A stretch of DNA of 59,851 bases from Vicinamibacterales bacterium. GTDB lineage: Bacteria > Acidobacteriota > Vicinamibacteria > Vicinamibacterales > UBA2999. The DNA lies in assembly GCA_036732565.1 (NCBI GenBank), contig DAINCF010000002.1, positions 1 to 59,851 of the forward strand, written 5' to 3'. Of the stretch, positions 24,203 to 33,289 are shown piece by piece (the first letter of the stretch is position 1; each line of letters starts with the position of its first letter). A program made the position numbers and the translations under genes. Below the pieces are notes generated by a model. It was not told where the DNA came from, searched no databases, and saw only the letters and a program-made list of their open reading frames with translations.

Positions 24203-26633
24203 TGTCAAGACATCCAGCGCGATCGAATCGTCAACGGCGCCGAGGGAGACCCGGGGCGTCGACAGGGTCGTGCAGGGTCCGTTGTCCGCCGAGATGCTGG
24301 ACCGGATGCAGCGATACTGGCAGGCCGCGAATTACCTGACCATCGGTCAGATCTACTTACAAGAGAATCCCCTGCTGCGCGAGCCGCTGCGGCCGGCACA
24401 CATCAAGCCGCGCCTATTGGGGCATTGGGGCACCTCGCCCGGCCTGAATTTCATCTACGTGCATTTGAACCGTCTCATCAAGGAGCGCGACGCCAACGTC
24501 ATCTTTCTCGCGGGTCCGGGTCATGGCGGCCCGGCAGTCGTAGCGAATGCGTATCTCGAGGCCACCTACGAGGAGGTGTACCCTGATATCGCCCGCGACG
24601 CCGAGGGAATGCGGCGGTTGTTTCGTCAGTTTTCGACACCGGGTGGCGTGCCGAGCCATGTGAGCTGTCCAACGCCCGGGTCGATTCACGAGGGCGGCGA
24701 GCTCGGATACGTTCTCGCGCACGCGTTCGGCGCGGCGTTCGACAACCCGGATCTGATCGCAGCCGCCGTCGTCGGCGATGGTGAAGCGGAGACCGGACCG
24801 TTGTCGGGGTCGTGGAAGAGCGTCGCCTATCTCAATCCTCGACGAGATGGGGCCGTGCTGCCCATCCTGCACCTGAACGGCTACAAGATCGCCGGCCCGA
24901 CATTCTTCGGCCGGCTTTCGGACGACGACATTCGCGCCGTGCTCGAGGGCTCGGGATATGAGGTGACGTTCGTTTCTGGCGATGAGCCGCCGATGATGCA
25001 TCAGGCGTTCGCCGCGGCACTAGACGCGAGCTACGACGCCATTCGCGCCATTCAGACCACCGCGCGCGCCGGCGGCGCGTTGGGACGGGCCCGATGGCCG
25101 GCGATCGTCCTTCGCTCGCCAAAGGGATGGACGGGACCCGCGGAAGTAGACGGCCGTCCCGTCACCGGAACCTTTCGCTCGCATCAAGTGCCGCTGTCGG
25201 ATGTCCGAACCAACCTCGACCATCTGGCGCTCCTGGAGACGTGGCTGCGCAGCTATGCGCCGGGCGACGTGTTCGACCCGTCGGGCGCGCTCGCCAGTGA
25301 CTTGGCCGGGCTCGCACCCACTGGCGAACGCCGGATGAGCGCCAATCCGCACGCCAACGGCGGAAAGCTCTTGGTCGACCTCGATCTGCCGGACTTCAAG
25401 CAGTACGCGATCGCGGTGCCGACACCGGCGACCGAGCGACACGAATCAACAGGCCGTCTCGGTATGTTCCTGCGTGACGTGTTCACGCGCAACACCACCA
25501 ATGCCAACTTCCGGCTCACGTGTCCGGATGAAATGACGTCGAACCGATTGAACGCGGTCTTCGAAGTCGAGAATCGTTGCTTCGTCGGCCCCACACTCTC
25601 GATCGACGACCACGTCCACCCCGAGGGACGCGTGATGGAGGTGCTGAGCGAACATCTCTGCGAGGGCTGGCTCGAGGGCTATCTGTTGACCGGTCGTCAC
25701 GGCATGTACGTCACCTACGAGGCGTTTGCCATGATCTCGGCCTCGATGACCGTCCAGCACGCGAAGTGGCTGACCGAAGCCGCCAAGCTCTCGTGGCGCA
25801 TACCGATCGCCTCACTCAATATCCTGCTGACGTCGACGTGCTGGCGCAACGATCACAACGGATTCAGTCACCAGGGGCCAGGGCTGATCGACGTCATGTT
25901 GTCCAAGCGTGGGCTGGTCACGCGCATCTATCTGCCGCCGGACGCGAACTCGCTGTTGTCGGTCGCCGATCACTGCCTACGCAGCCGCAACTACGTGAAC
26001 CTGATCGTCATCGATAAGCAGCCACAGTTACAGTGGCTCGACATCGACCGCGCGATCGATCACTCCAGCCACGGCGCCTCGATTTGGGCCTGGGCCGGCA
26101 CCGATGAGGAGCGCGATCCGGATGTCGTGCTCGCCGCCGCCGGCGACGTGGCCACATTGGAAACCGTCGCCGCGGCGGCCTGGCTGCGCGCGCGGGTGCC
26201 CGACCTGCGGGTCCGCGTCGTGAACGTTGTCGACCTGATGACGCTGTTCGTGCCAGAGGTTCATCCGCATGGAATGGTGGAAAGCCGCTTCGTCGAGCTG
26301 TTCACGCACGACCGGCCCGTGGTTTTCGCCTTCCATGGCTACCAGCGCGCGGTCCACGAAATCGTCCACGGACGGCCACACGCCGAGCGCTTCCACGTGC
26401 GTGGTTTCAACGAGCAAGGGACCACCACCACGCCGTTCGACATGGTGGTGTTGAACGAGATGAGCCGCTACCACCTGGCGATGGAGGCGCTACGTCGCGT
26501 CGATCGTCTCGGGAACCGCGCGCCCGCGCTCGTCGCCGAATGCCGTCAGGCCATCGAGAAGGCCGGCGCCTACGCACGAGCACACTTCGAGGATCCGCCG
26601 GAGATCAGCAACTGGACATGGCCACAGGCCTGA
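24189..26633 (+). CDS. xfp: Xylulose-5-phosphate / fructose-6-phosphate phosphoketolase
   Basis: 'YWQAANYLTIGQIYLQENPLL', 'KPRLLGHWGTSPGLNFIYVHLNRLI', 'GPGHGGPA' and 'EGGELGY' are phosphoketolase signatures. ATG 24189 overlaps the ackA 3' end by 14 nt. The protein is 814 aa. Confidence 0.95.
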   Translation: MFQFDVKTSSAIESSTAPRETRGVDRVVQGPLSAEMLDRMQRYWQAANYLTIGQIYLQENPLLREPLRPAHIKPRLLGHWGTSPGLNFIYVHLNRLIKERDANVIFLAGPGHGGPAVVANAYLEATYEEVYPDIARDAEGMRRLFRQFSTPGGVPSHVSCPTPGSIHEGGELGYVLAHAFGAAFDNPDLIAAAVVGDGEAETGPLSGSWKSVAYLNPRRDGAVLPILHLNGYKIAGPTFFGRLSDDDIRAVLEGSGYEVTFVSGDEPPMMHQAFAAALDASYDAIRAIQTTARAGGALGRARWPAIVLRSPKGWTGPAEVDGRPVTGTFRSHQVPLSDVRTNLDHLALLETWLRSYAPGDVFDPSGALASDLAGLAPTGERRMSANPHANGGKLLVDLDLPDFKQYAIAVPTPATERHESTGRLGMFLRDVFTRNTTNANFRLTCPDEMTSNRLNAVFEVENRCFVGPTLSIDDHVHPEGRVMEVLSEHLCEGWLEGYLLTGRHGMYVTYEAFAMISASMTVQHAKWLTEAAKLSWRIPIASLNILLTSTCWRNDHNGFSHQGPGLIDVMLSKRGLVTRIYLPPDANSLLSVADHCLRSRNYVNLIVIDKQPQLQWLDIDRAIDHSSHGASIWAWAGTDEERDPDVVLAAAGDVATLETVAAAAWLRARVPDLRVRVVNVVDLMTLFVPEVHPHGMVESRFVELFTHDRPVVFAFHGYQRAVHEIVHGRPHAERFHVRGFNEQGTTTTPFDMVVLNEMSRYHLAMEALRRVDRLGNRAPALVAECRQAIEKAGAYARAHFEDPPEISNWTWPQA

Positions 26634-26736
26634 TCAGCGATGGGTGGCCACTTCGACGCCGTTTTTTCGGCCGGCGCTCTCGTCTGCGTATGCGGATCGG
26701 GCACAGACACTCCTCACACGAGCGGCGATTCGTCCC

Positions 26737-27240
26737 TCATCGAGCGGCATTACGCGATAGCCCGCTGTCGCCGGTGTCGACGATCAACGACCATGTCACT
26801 GCACCAAGCGCGACGCTGACGAGGCCAGCGCGCACGGCGTGACCGTACTCCCAGCGGTCGCGCCAACCCGCCCAGTCATCCGGGATCGCGTCGAGTGGCC
26901 ATTGCACCATCTCCAGGTTTACGGGCTGGACGACGCCCCAGTAGACGCCATGCGCGGCGGCGAGGCTGCCCGCGGCGGCGGCTGTCCATGGAAAGGCCGC
27001 GGGCCATCGCTTGCGGGTCCACCATGCCAACACGCTGGTGGTGAGCATGGCGAGAGCCTCTGAGGGGCCGGCGATTCTGCCAAAGTTCGGATAGAGCGTG
27101 CGGTGCAGCCGGACATAGAGCGGCGGCTCGTACTGCATCTTGGTGGGGAGCTCCATCACGTGGGCGCCGGCCGCGCTCATCGCTATCGCGGTGAACATCA
27201 CAGACGACAGACGCAATACACTCAAGACGGTTCTGCTCAT
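26737..27240 (-). CDS. DUF1772-like (anthrone-oxygenase-family-like) integral membrane protein
   Basis: Four predicted hydrophobic helices and a Trp-rich sequence ('VLAWWTRKRWPAAFPW', 'WAGWRDRWEYGHAVR'). ATG 27240 is preceded by GAGGAG. The family call is from memory and tentative. Confidence 0.55.
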   Translation of the reverse strand: MSRTVLSVLRLSSVMFTAIAMSAAGAHVMELPTKMQYEPPLYVRLHRTLYPNFGRIAGPSEALAMLTTSVLAWWTRKRWPAAFPWTAAAAGSLAAAHGVYWGVVQPVNLEMVQWPLDAIPDDWAGWRDRWEYGHAVRAGLVSVALGAVTWSLIVDTGDSGLSRNAAR

Positions 27241-27316
27241 CTTGAAACGCTCCTCAACAACCATTCACGACCGCTGTGGCGCCTCTCATGCTGTGAGGCC
27301 AGCGCCCTCCCCTGAT

Positions 27317-27736
27317 TCATGAAGTGCTGGCGCGAGACGCGGCGGCAGCGTGAGCAGGCACGGCGTGCACGGCTGGGATGTCCCAGACCTCCACCGCGCG
27401 CTCGTTCTGCAGACGCCAGACGACGACGGCATCGGTCTGGACCTGCCGTGCGTCGAGCGTCAAATGCAATCGTGCGTGCGTCACGATGAGCTCATCGCCA
27501 GCAGGGTTCGCGGACACAGGTTCCACCCGGAACGTTCCGTGGGTGCGCTGGCCGACCTTCTCGAACAACGCAGTAACCGCGTCGAGACCGACGTGGTCGC
27601 CCGCCAGTTCAGGCAGACGCGGGTTGAAGTAGTGCCAAACGACGTTCTCGCCCAGCACGTTGCGAGCCTTGCGTATATCGCCCGCCTGTATGGCGCTGCC
27701 AATCTGCTTGACGATCGAGATGTTTGGGTGCTCCAC
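27317..27736 (-). CDS. NTF2-like / SnoaL-like fold protein
   Basis: Size is about 139 aa. The pattern '...D.....L.E.VVWH........AGDH.G.DAV..LF......T.GTFRVEP..........V.........R.....DAVVVWRL.N.R.VEVWD' is typical of SnoaL-like polyketide-cyclase-fold proteins. The GTG start is preceded by AAGGAG. Confidence 0.7.
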   Translation of the reverse strand: MEHPNISIVKQIGSAIQAGDIRKARNVLGENVVWHYFNPRLPELAGDHVGLDAVTALFEKVGQRTHGTFRVEPVSANPAGDELIVTHARLHLTLDARQVQTDAVVVWRLQNERAVEVWDIPAVHAVPAHAAAASRASTS

Positions 27737-27889
27737 CTTGCGGCTCCTTGTGGCGTTCGTCCGCGCTGGCGCTCACGAGTTCGTCAATACGCGGGCTGCA
27801 CCAGCGCGATCACGTCCGCGTCGACCACTGCGGGCCGGCCGGGATGTTGCGCATCACGCGATCGCGCGATGCCTCCATCGCGAAGCCGG

Positions 27890-28186
27890 CTAGCTGCCGC
27901 CTTCATCATCCGATACCGGCTTCGGCTCGCGACCAAATGCGCCGGCGACTTTCCGCGACGGCGGCGTGGAGCGGTCCGGATATTTGCTCGCTGCCTCTTT
28001 CTGTGCCACCGACCGGCTTCCCGCCTTGTGCGATGTCTGGCTACCGTCCGGGTCGGGCTGTCCCTCTCCGACCCGGCCCGCTGCATCTTCGGGAGGCGGC
28101 GAGCCGAGATCCTGTGGCGGGTGCCCGCGCCGATTACGCGCTTCCTCTTCAGACGACTGCCGATTGCTGATCCCCTGGTCTGCCAT
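27890..28186 (-). CDS. Small (98 aa) hydrophilic, probably disordered protein, hypothetical
   Basis: ATG 28186 is preceded by AAGGAGAG. 'MADQGISNRQSSEEEARNRRGHPPQDLGSPPPEDAAG...' has no hydrophobic core and is rich in Ser/Pro/Glu/Gly/Arg. The longer ORF-track form (to 28348) has no ribosome-binding site. Confidence 0.45.
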   Translation of the reverse strand: MADQGISNRQSSEEEARNRRGHPPQDLGSPPPEDAAGRVGEGQPDPDGSQTSHKAGSRSVAQKEAASKYPDRSTPPSRKVAGAFGREPKPVSDDEGGS

Positions 28187-28925
28187 GACTCTCCTTGCTG
28201 CCGCGAGGCGCCGGTCAAGGCCGCGCCGGGCCTCCAGCGTTGTGTTCAGGTCCCATGTTCCTGGTCTAATCTCGGCGAGTTCGCCGACCGCGTGTGCCCG
28301 CGGAATCCCCCGAACCAACGGCGAGTCGCGATAGTGTTCGCTTCGCAATCGTCGATGTCCGGCCGCCGGACGGTGTCCCGCGTCAGCGCGTGCTGCAGAC
28401 CTCGCCTCATCCTTGGCACCTCATGGGCTGCTCAAGAAATCATCTGCAAGTAATGCAAGGCATGGGCCCGCCAGAACGTCAGCAACGCCCAATAGCCGGC
28501 TTATCTGCAGCCGAAATGACCTGGTCGCGTGCATCAAAACAGCCTCATCCGCGCGGCGGACCTTCCTTCACCGTTGGACAATTGCTGGACGTGCGCGGCG
28601 CTGCCTTCGTCGATCACAACCGTCGGCGATTCAACCGGTGCTCGGCAGTCGGACCGCGGTCTCCCCGCGGGCTAGAGTGAGAACGCGCGTGCCCATTCAA
28701 TGCGCTAATCGAAGACGGCAAGCAGCGATAGAGCATGAGCCACTCCGATGGCATTTCTAAGGCTCAGCTCGATTGAAGATGACTTGTGATGCGCAAGCCG
28801 CGCCAAGCATTGGATGGGCACCGACGGCACGTACGGCCTGCGCGGCTGCAGGAGGCCAGCGGCGGTCAATCACGTGTGCCTACGATCTCGTCTTCGACAC
28901 GTGCACGGACGGCCGCGCGCGGAGC

Positions 28926-29183
28926 TCAGCGTGACTTCGTTCGGTCTGTTACGCGGTTGAGCAAATCCGTCGCGACACGATGGCACTCGCACGATGCCGA
29001 TTCGAGTTTCTCGCGGTCCACGACGTTGACCCTGCCCCTGTGATAGGTGATCAGACCGGCCTTCTGCAGCGTCCCGGCAACGACGGTCACGGTCGGACGG
29101 GATGCCTCGAGCATCATGGCGACAAATTCCTGGGTCAGCGGGAAATCCTTCAACTTCACGCCGGCTCCCCGAGGCGACTCCAC
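28926..29183 (-). pseudogene. Remnant of a Crp/Fnr-family regulator: C-terminal HTH DNA-binding domain only (85 codons)
   Basis: 'FPLTQEFVAMMLEASRPTVTVVAGTLQKAGLITYHRGRVNVVDREKLESASCECH' is the Crp/Fnr wHTH module. No cNMP-binding or dimerisation-helix region exists upstream. Only 63 nt separate it from the CHAD gene stop. Confidence 0.6.
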
Positions 29184-29246
29184 GACAACGGGAACACTTT
29201 TCCTCGGCGAAGGTCTCGAGCCTATGGAGACCGGGGACAGTAATCC

Positions 29247-30158
29247 TCACGCAGCGGCTCTCCGACGGGCCCCCGGCTTTCTCGACGACTCACGAATCCA
29301 GCGGGCGAATGCTTGTGGCTGACGAGAATGCACTCGCCGGCCAATCATGAACGCGCGCCGCCGCAGCGGCCGACGCATCCGTGCGGCAAGATGTTCGATC
29401 TTCCGCAATTCCGCGCGCATCGGTCGGAGCTCGCCGCACCCTCTCAACGTCGCCCCCAGGACGACCAGGTTGTGGTCATCACCCAGATCTGTCTCGAGCC
29501 GTTTCAGGCTGGCAATCAAGGGGCCAACACCGGTGAGGAGAGGCTTGGCCAGGCGCAGCTGATACCAGAGCGTCTTCACCTCTTTCCGCCAGCGATGCAG
29601 CGTTGCCGACTGGCCGGTTGTACGCGAGCGCTTCATCGCCTTACGACTCCGGCGATACGAGTCGGTGATGATTCCCACCATGTCGGATACCCCGATCGAC
29701 GGCGACGCCCAGGCTTTTGCCGACTTGCGTGTCTTTGCAAGTCGCTCGGCCGCTTCGCTGATGACGTCGTCGTGTCTCGCTTGTGCTTCCTGCCGGTTTC
29801 GGGCGCCGACCAACGCACGACGCAGGATTCCGTAGGTATGTTCAGGCAACTGCTTCGGATAGTGCCGACGAACGCGATCAAAGCTCTCGATGATGGCGGC
29901 GCTATCGCGGAGCCTGGAGAGCGCCCTCGCCGACGTCTTCACTCGCTTCCGGTCCTTACGTGGCAGCTTCGCGCCTGCTTGTTCAAGGAGCGCGGCGGCC
30001 GCTCGCACCTTCTTGACGCTCTTGCGCGATTCGTGAATCACCTCATCGAACTCAGTCCCTGCGCTGACGAGATCGCGGGCGGTGTCACGGAGCTCCCGCC
30101 GCACAATCTTCGTGAGCTCATCCTCGAGGTGCTTCCGCTGGTTCAGTTCGAACGACAT
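29247..30158 (-). CDS. CHAD domain-containing protein (stand-alone)
   Basis: All-helical and Arg/Lys/His-rich. Paired conserved-His helices include 'IHESRKSVKKVRAAAALL' and 'LHRWRKEVKTLWYQLRL'. The 303-aa size is typical for a CHAD-only protein. Confidence 0.8.
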   Translation of the reverse strand: MSFELNQRKHLEDELTKIVRRELRDTARDLVSAGTEFDEVIHESRKSVKKVRAAAALLEQAGAKLPRKDRKRVKTSARALSRLRDSAAIIESFDRVRRHYPKQLPEHTYGILRRALVGARNRQEAQARHDDVISEAAERLAKTRKSAKAWASPSIGVSDMVGIITDSYRRSRKAMKRSRTTGQSATLHRWRKEVKTLWYQLRLAKPLLTGVGPLIASLKRLETDLGDDHNLVVLGATLRGCGELRPMRAELRKIEHLAARMRRPLRRRAFMIGRRVHSRQPQAFARWIRESSRKPGARRRAAA

Positions 30159-30871
30159 GGATGCTGGACAACGCGTGCAGACGCGATGCCAATTGTCAGG
30201 CAGCGGTCTGTCGGTAGTCGGCGACCCACGAGTTCGGTGTCACTGTCGGCGCTGGCGGTATTGTCAACGGGTCGTGCCAGCTGCCGGTATTGCCGTGATG
30301 GCTCGGTGACTCGAATGCGCGCCATCCCGTCGATTGTGAAATCCCTAGGCACGCGGGTGAAACATGCCGCCTGACGGGCTTTTTGGTGCTGACAGATGCC
30401 CGCCGCAGGGCGTTCGCGACGGGCTGCGGCTGCGGGCGTTCGCGGGCCACGGAGGCGCACGCCGATGTTTGTACTGCGGGCTGACAGCGTTCACATCCGT
30501 GGCGTGCTTCCATCTCTCGGCGAGCGCCCTGCGCACTGCCCACAGCAATGGTGTTCGGCCCGGATGGCAGACGCTCCGATGATTCATTCTCCGGAAGCGA
30601 TGGCGCGCGTCAAGGTTCCCCTCGCGCGCGCTCGGCGCTTCGCGACCTTGACCCGCGCCATGCGCTTCCGCTGGTCTTGGCAGCTATCGGAGCGTCGGCC
30701 AGGTTTCGTCTCCCAGGATCTCGGACAATCGGTCCGCCTGGCGTCAGGAAACTGGACCGATCGCCGTCTTCACACTTTGGTGTGTGCCGCGTACTCCGCC
30801 AAGCTGATACCGAACGTGAGGCCAGCGTAGAAGTAGACCTCGTCTGAGACTGGCCCGCATTAGTCAACTGA

Positions 30872-32002
30872 ATGAAGCTGCGGCGAACGAACGCCAGGCG
30901 CCACGTCCTCGAGCCGCTCATTCCTGAAAATCGACTGCTCGTTGGAATGGCGTGCCCATACACGCGCGGCGCTGGCACGATGCGCGCTGGCGGCATGGCA
31001 TCGACGGCGCGGTCACTCGTCTCCCTTCACGACCTCAGCGTGGGTTACCCCGTTCCACGACGCGCACCGCGCATCGTCATGGGGCCCCTCTCGCTCGACT
31101 TGCATAGAGGAGAGCTCGTCTGCCTGTTGGGGCCCAACGGTGCTGGCAAGTCGACGCTCATGCGGACCATCGCGGGCATGCAACCACCGATCGCGGGAGA
31201 GGTGCGGCTCGATGGGCAGAACCTGCACCGACTCGCGCCGCGCGATCTCGCCAAGCGCCTCAGCGTCGTGCTCACGGAGCGCATCACGACGGGCTTGCTG
31301 TCCGTCTACGAACTGGTGGCGCTCGGCCGACATCCATTCACCGACTGGACCGGACGGCTGACGGAGGCCGACCACCGCGCCGTGCAACACGCGATTCGCG
31401 CCGTCGGGGCCGAGGGGCTCGCTGCACGGCCGATCGCCGAGCTCAGCGACGGGGAACGTCAGAAGGCCATGGTCGCCCGGGCGCTCGCACAAGAGCCCGA
31501 GATCATGATCCTCGACGAGATCACGGCATTCCTGGATCTCCCGCGCCGCGTCGAGATCATGAAGATTCTGAAAGGGCTCGCGCACGACGATGGCCGAGCC
31601 ATTCTGTTGTCGACACACGATCTCGATCTTGCCTTGCATACCGCTGACACGCTGTGGGTCGTGTGCGGGGGGACGATCACCGCAGGCATACCCGAGGAGC
31701 TCGTCTTGGACGGCGTCTTCGAGGAGACCTTTGCCAGCGACGGCGTGCGGTTCGACCGCGAGCGCGGCGCATTCCGTCTCCAGCTCCAAGGGCGAGGCCA
31801 GGTCGTTGTCGAGGGCGACGGCGTCATCGGCACGTGGACGCGACGTGCGCTGGAGAGACGCGGCTACGACGTCGTCACGAACGATGACGCGCCGATCCGC
31901 GTTCGCATCGAGGAGATTGGCGGCGCGGCACGCTGGACCTTGGCCAGAGACGGCCACGAATCTCGTCACGACACGTTGAGATCCACTCTCGACACCCTCT
32001 GA
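30872..32002 (+). CDS. ABC transporter ATP-binding protein (FecE/FepC/BtuD-like) with a ~90-aa C-terminal extension
   Basis: Walker A 'GPNGAGKST'. Q-loop region. Signature 'LSDGERQ'. Walker B 'IMILDE'. H-loop 'STHDL'. The start is uncertain. ATGs at 30980 and 30995 ('MASTARSLVSLHDLSVGY') are more plausible than 30872. Confidence 0.85.
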   Translation: MKLRRTNARRHVLEPLIPENRLLVGMACPYTRGAGTMRAGGMASTARSLVSLHDLSVGYPVPRRAPRIVMGPLSLDLHRGELVCLLGPNGAGKSTLMRTIAGMQPPIAGEVRLDGQNLHRLAPRDLAKRLSVVLTERITTGLLSVYELVALGRHPFTDWTGRLTEADHRAVQHAIRAVGAEGLAARPIAELSDGERQKAMVARALAQEPEIMILDEITAFLDLPRRVEIMKILKGLAHDDGRAILLSTHDLDLALHTADTLWVVCGGTITAGIPEELVLDGVFEETFASDGVRFDRERGAFRLQLQGRGQVVVEGDGVIGTWTRRALERRGYDVVTNDDAPIRVRIEEIGGAARWTLARDGHESRHDTLRSTLDTL

Positions 32003-32005
32003 TCG

Positions 32006-33289
32006 ATGAGTCTTCGCTCGATGTCGCGATGGTTCCCTCCTGTCTTCGCTGCACTCGTCGCCGGCCTGGTCGCGAGTTCGTGCTCCCAGCCGCATCAACC
32101 AGCCGCCGACCAACCCCTCGACTTCACGCGGGCCACGAGCGAGAACCCCGCTGGCTGCGTCGAGGCCTTCGACCCGCAGACCGACTACTTCCCCGACAAG
32201 ATCGAGGTCCAGCACGCAGGCCTCTTCACCATCGACTACCGCGGACATTACAAGGTGTTGCGCGTGACGTTCCGCGGGTTTGCCGACAACCCGCGTTTCA
32301 CGACCACCGAGACATACGTGCTCGTCCAGTGCGGCACGCCGACACCGGATCTGCGTGGTGAGCTGACTGGCGCGCACGTCGTGCCGATCCCCGCGCGATC
32401 GGTCACGACGACGACGAACGAAGACTTGGGGATGATTGAAGCGCTCGAGTTGTTGCCGCGACTCACGTCGGTCGGCAGCCGTGCGGTGTATCCACAGCCC
32501 ATCTGGGATGCGGTGCGCGACGGGCGCTTACCTGTGACCGGCGGCTGGGGCGCAGAGGGCCCGCAACTGGAGCTGCTCGCGGCGCTGGCACCCGACGTGG
32601 TCATTCTCGGCGCCTTCCACAGCGCGGTCTCGAGCAACATGCAACGCGTGCGCGAAATCGGACTGGCGACCGTGCCGTCGTTGAACCGCGTGGAAGCGAC
32701 ACCGCTCGGTCGCGCCGAGTGGCTCAAGGCGCTGGCCGCGCTGTTCAACAAGGAGCGCAAAGCGAACGCACTCTACTCGGCTGTCGCGGCGCGATACGAG
32801 ACGATTGCCGCCCGGGCGCGTGCCGCGACGCAGAAGCCGACGGTGTTCTGGGGCACGACCTACGCTGCCGGCGAGTGGAGCGTGCAACGTAACGGCTGGC
32901 AGGCGCGGATGATGGAAGACGCCGGCGCTCAAAACGTCCTCGCCGACGATGGTCCGCCCTACGGCGTGCCAGTCAGCGCCGAGGTCGTCGTCGCCGAGGC
33001 TGGTGATGCCAGCTTCTGGATTACCGAAAACGATTACGAGCACGTCGGCGAAGCGAACGCGTTGCCAGGGACGCGCATCTCAGAGCTGCGGTCGAGACGG
33101 CTGGGGCAGGTGTACTACGTGTGCGGCCGGCTTCGCGCCGAGAGCGACGGCTGCGACTACTACCATGCTGGACCGGCTCGACCCGACGTGTTGCTGGAGG
33201 ATCTCGTGACAGTCTTCCATCGCGATATGCTGCCCGACCGGCAGACGTTCTTTCTCGTCAACGCGACCGCGCGCGGGTGGGCGCCATGA
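32006..33289 (+). CDS. Periplasmic substrate-binding lipoprotein of an iron-siderophore/cobalamin-type (cluster A, BtuF/FepB-like) ABC importer
   Basis: Lipobox 'LVASSC'. The module 'RLTSVGS......W.......LP.TGG......ELLAALAPDVVILG' is typical of the Peripla_BP_2 family. It sits between the cognate ATPase and the FecCD permease. Confidence 0.75.
   Translation: MSLRSMSRWFPPVFAALVAGLVASSCSQPHQPAADQPLDFTRATSENPAGCVEAFDPQTDYFPDKIEVQHAGLFTIDYRGHYKVLRVTFRGFADNPRFTTTETYVLVQCGTPTPDLRGELTGAHVVPIPARSVTTTTNEDLGMIEALELLPRLTSVGSRAVYPQPIWDAVRDGRLPVTGGWGAEGPQLELLAALAPDVVILGAFHSAVSSNMQRVREIGLATVPSLNRVEATPLGRAEWLKALAALFNKERKANALYSAVAARYETIAARARAATQKPTVFWGTTYAAGEWSVQRNGWQARMMEDAGAQNVLADDGPPYGVPVSAEVVVAEAGDASFWITENDYEHVGEANALPGTRISELRSRRLGQVYYVCGRLRAESDGCDYYHAGPARPDVLLEDLVTVFHRDMLPDRQTFFLVNATARGWAP

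Noticed and set aside
30700-30870. Possible cobalamin riboswitch or Fur box upstream of the BtuF/FecCD-type importer
   Set aside because: Only loose resemblances were found: 'CTCCGCCAAGCTG' against the GCCACTG core, 'GGCCAG..GACCTCG' against the AGCCAGGAGACCTGCC B12 box, and no CCGGTG-GAATCCGG helix. No 19-bp Fur palindrome was found. This is not good enough to call without Infernal.
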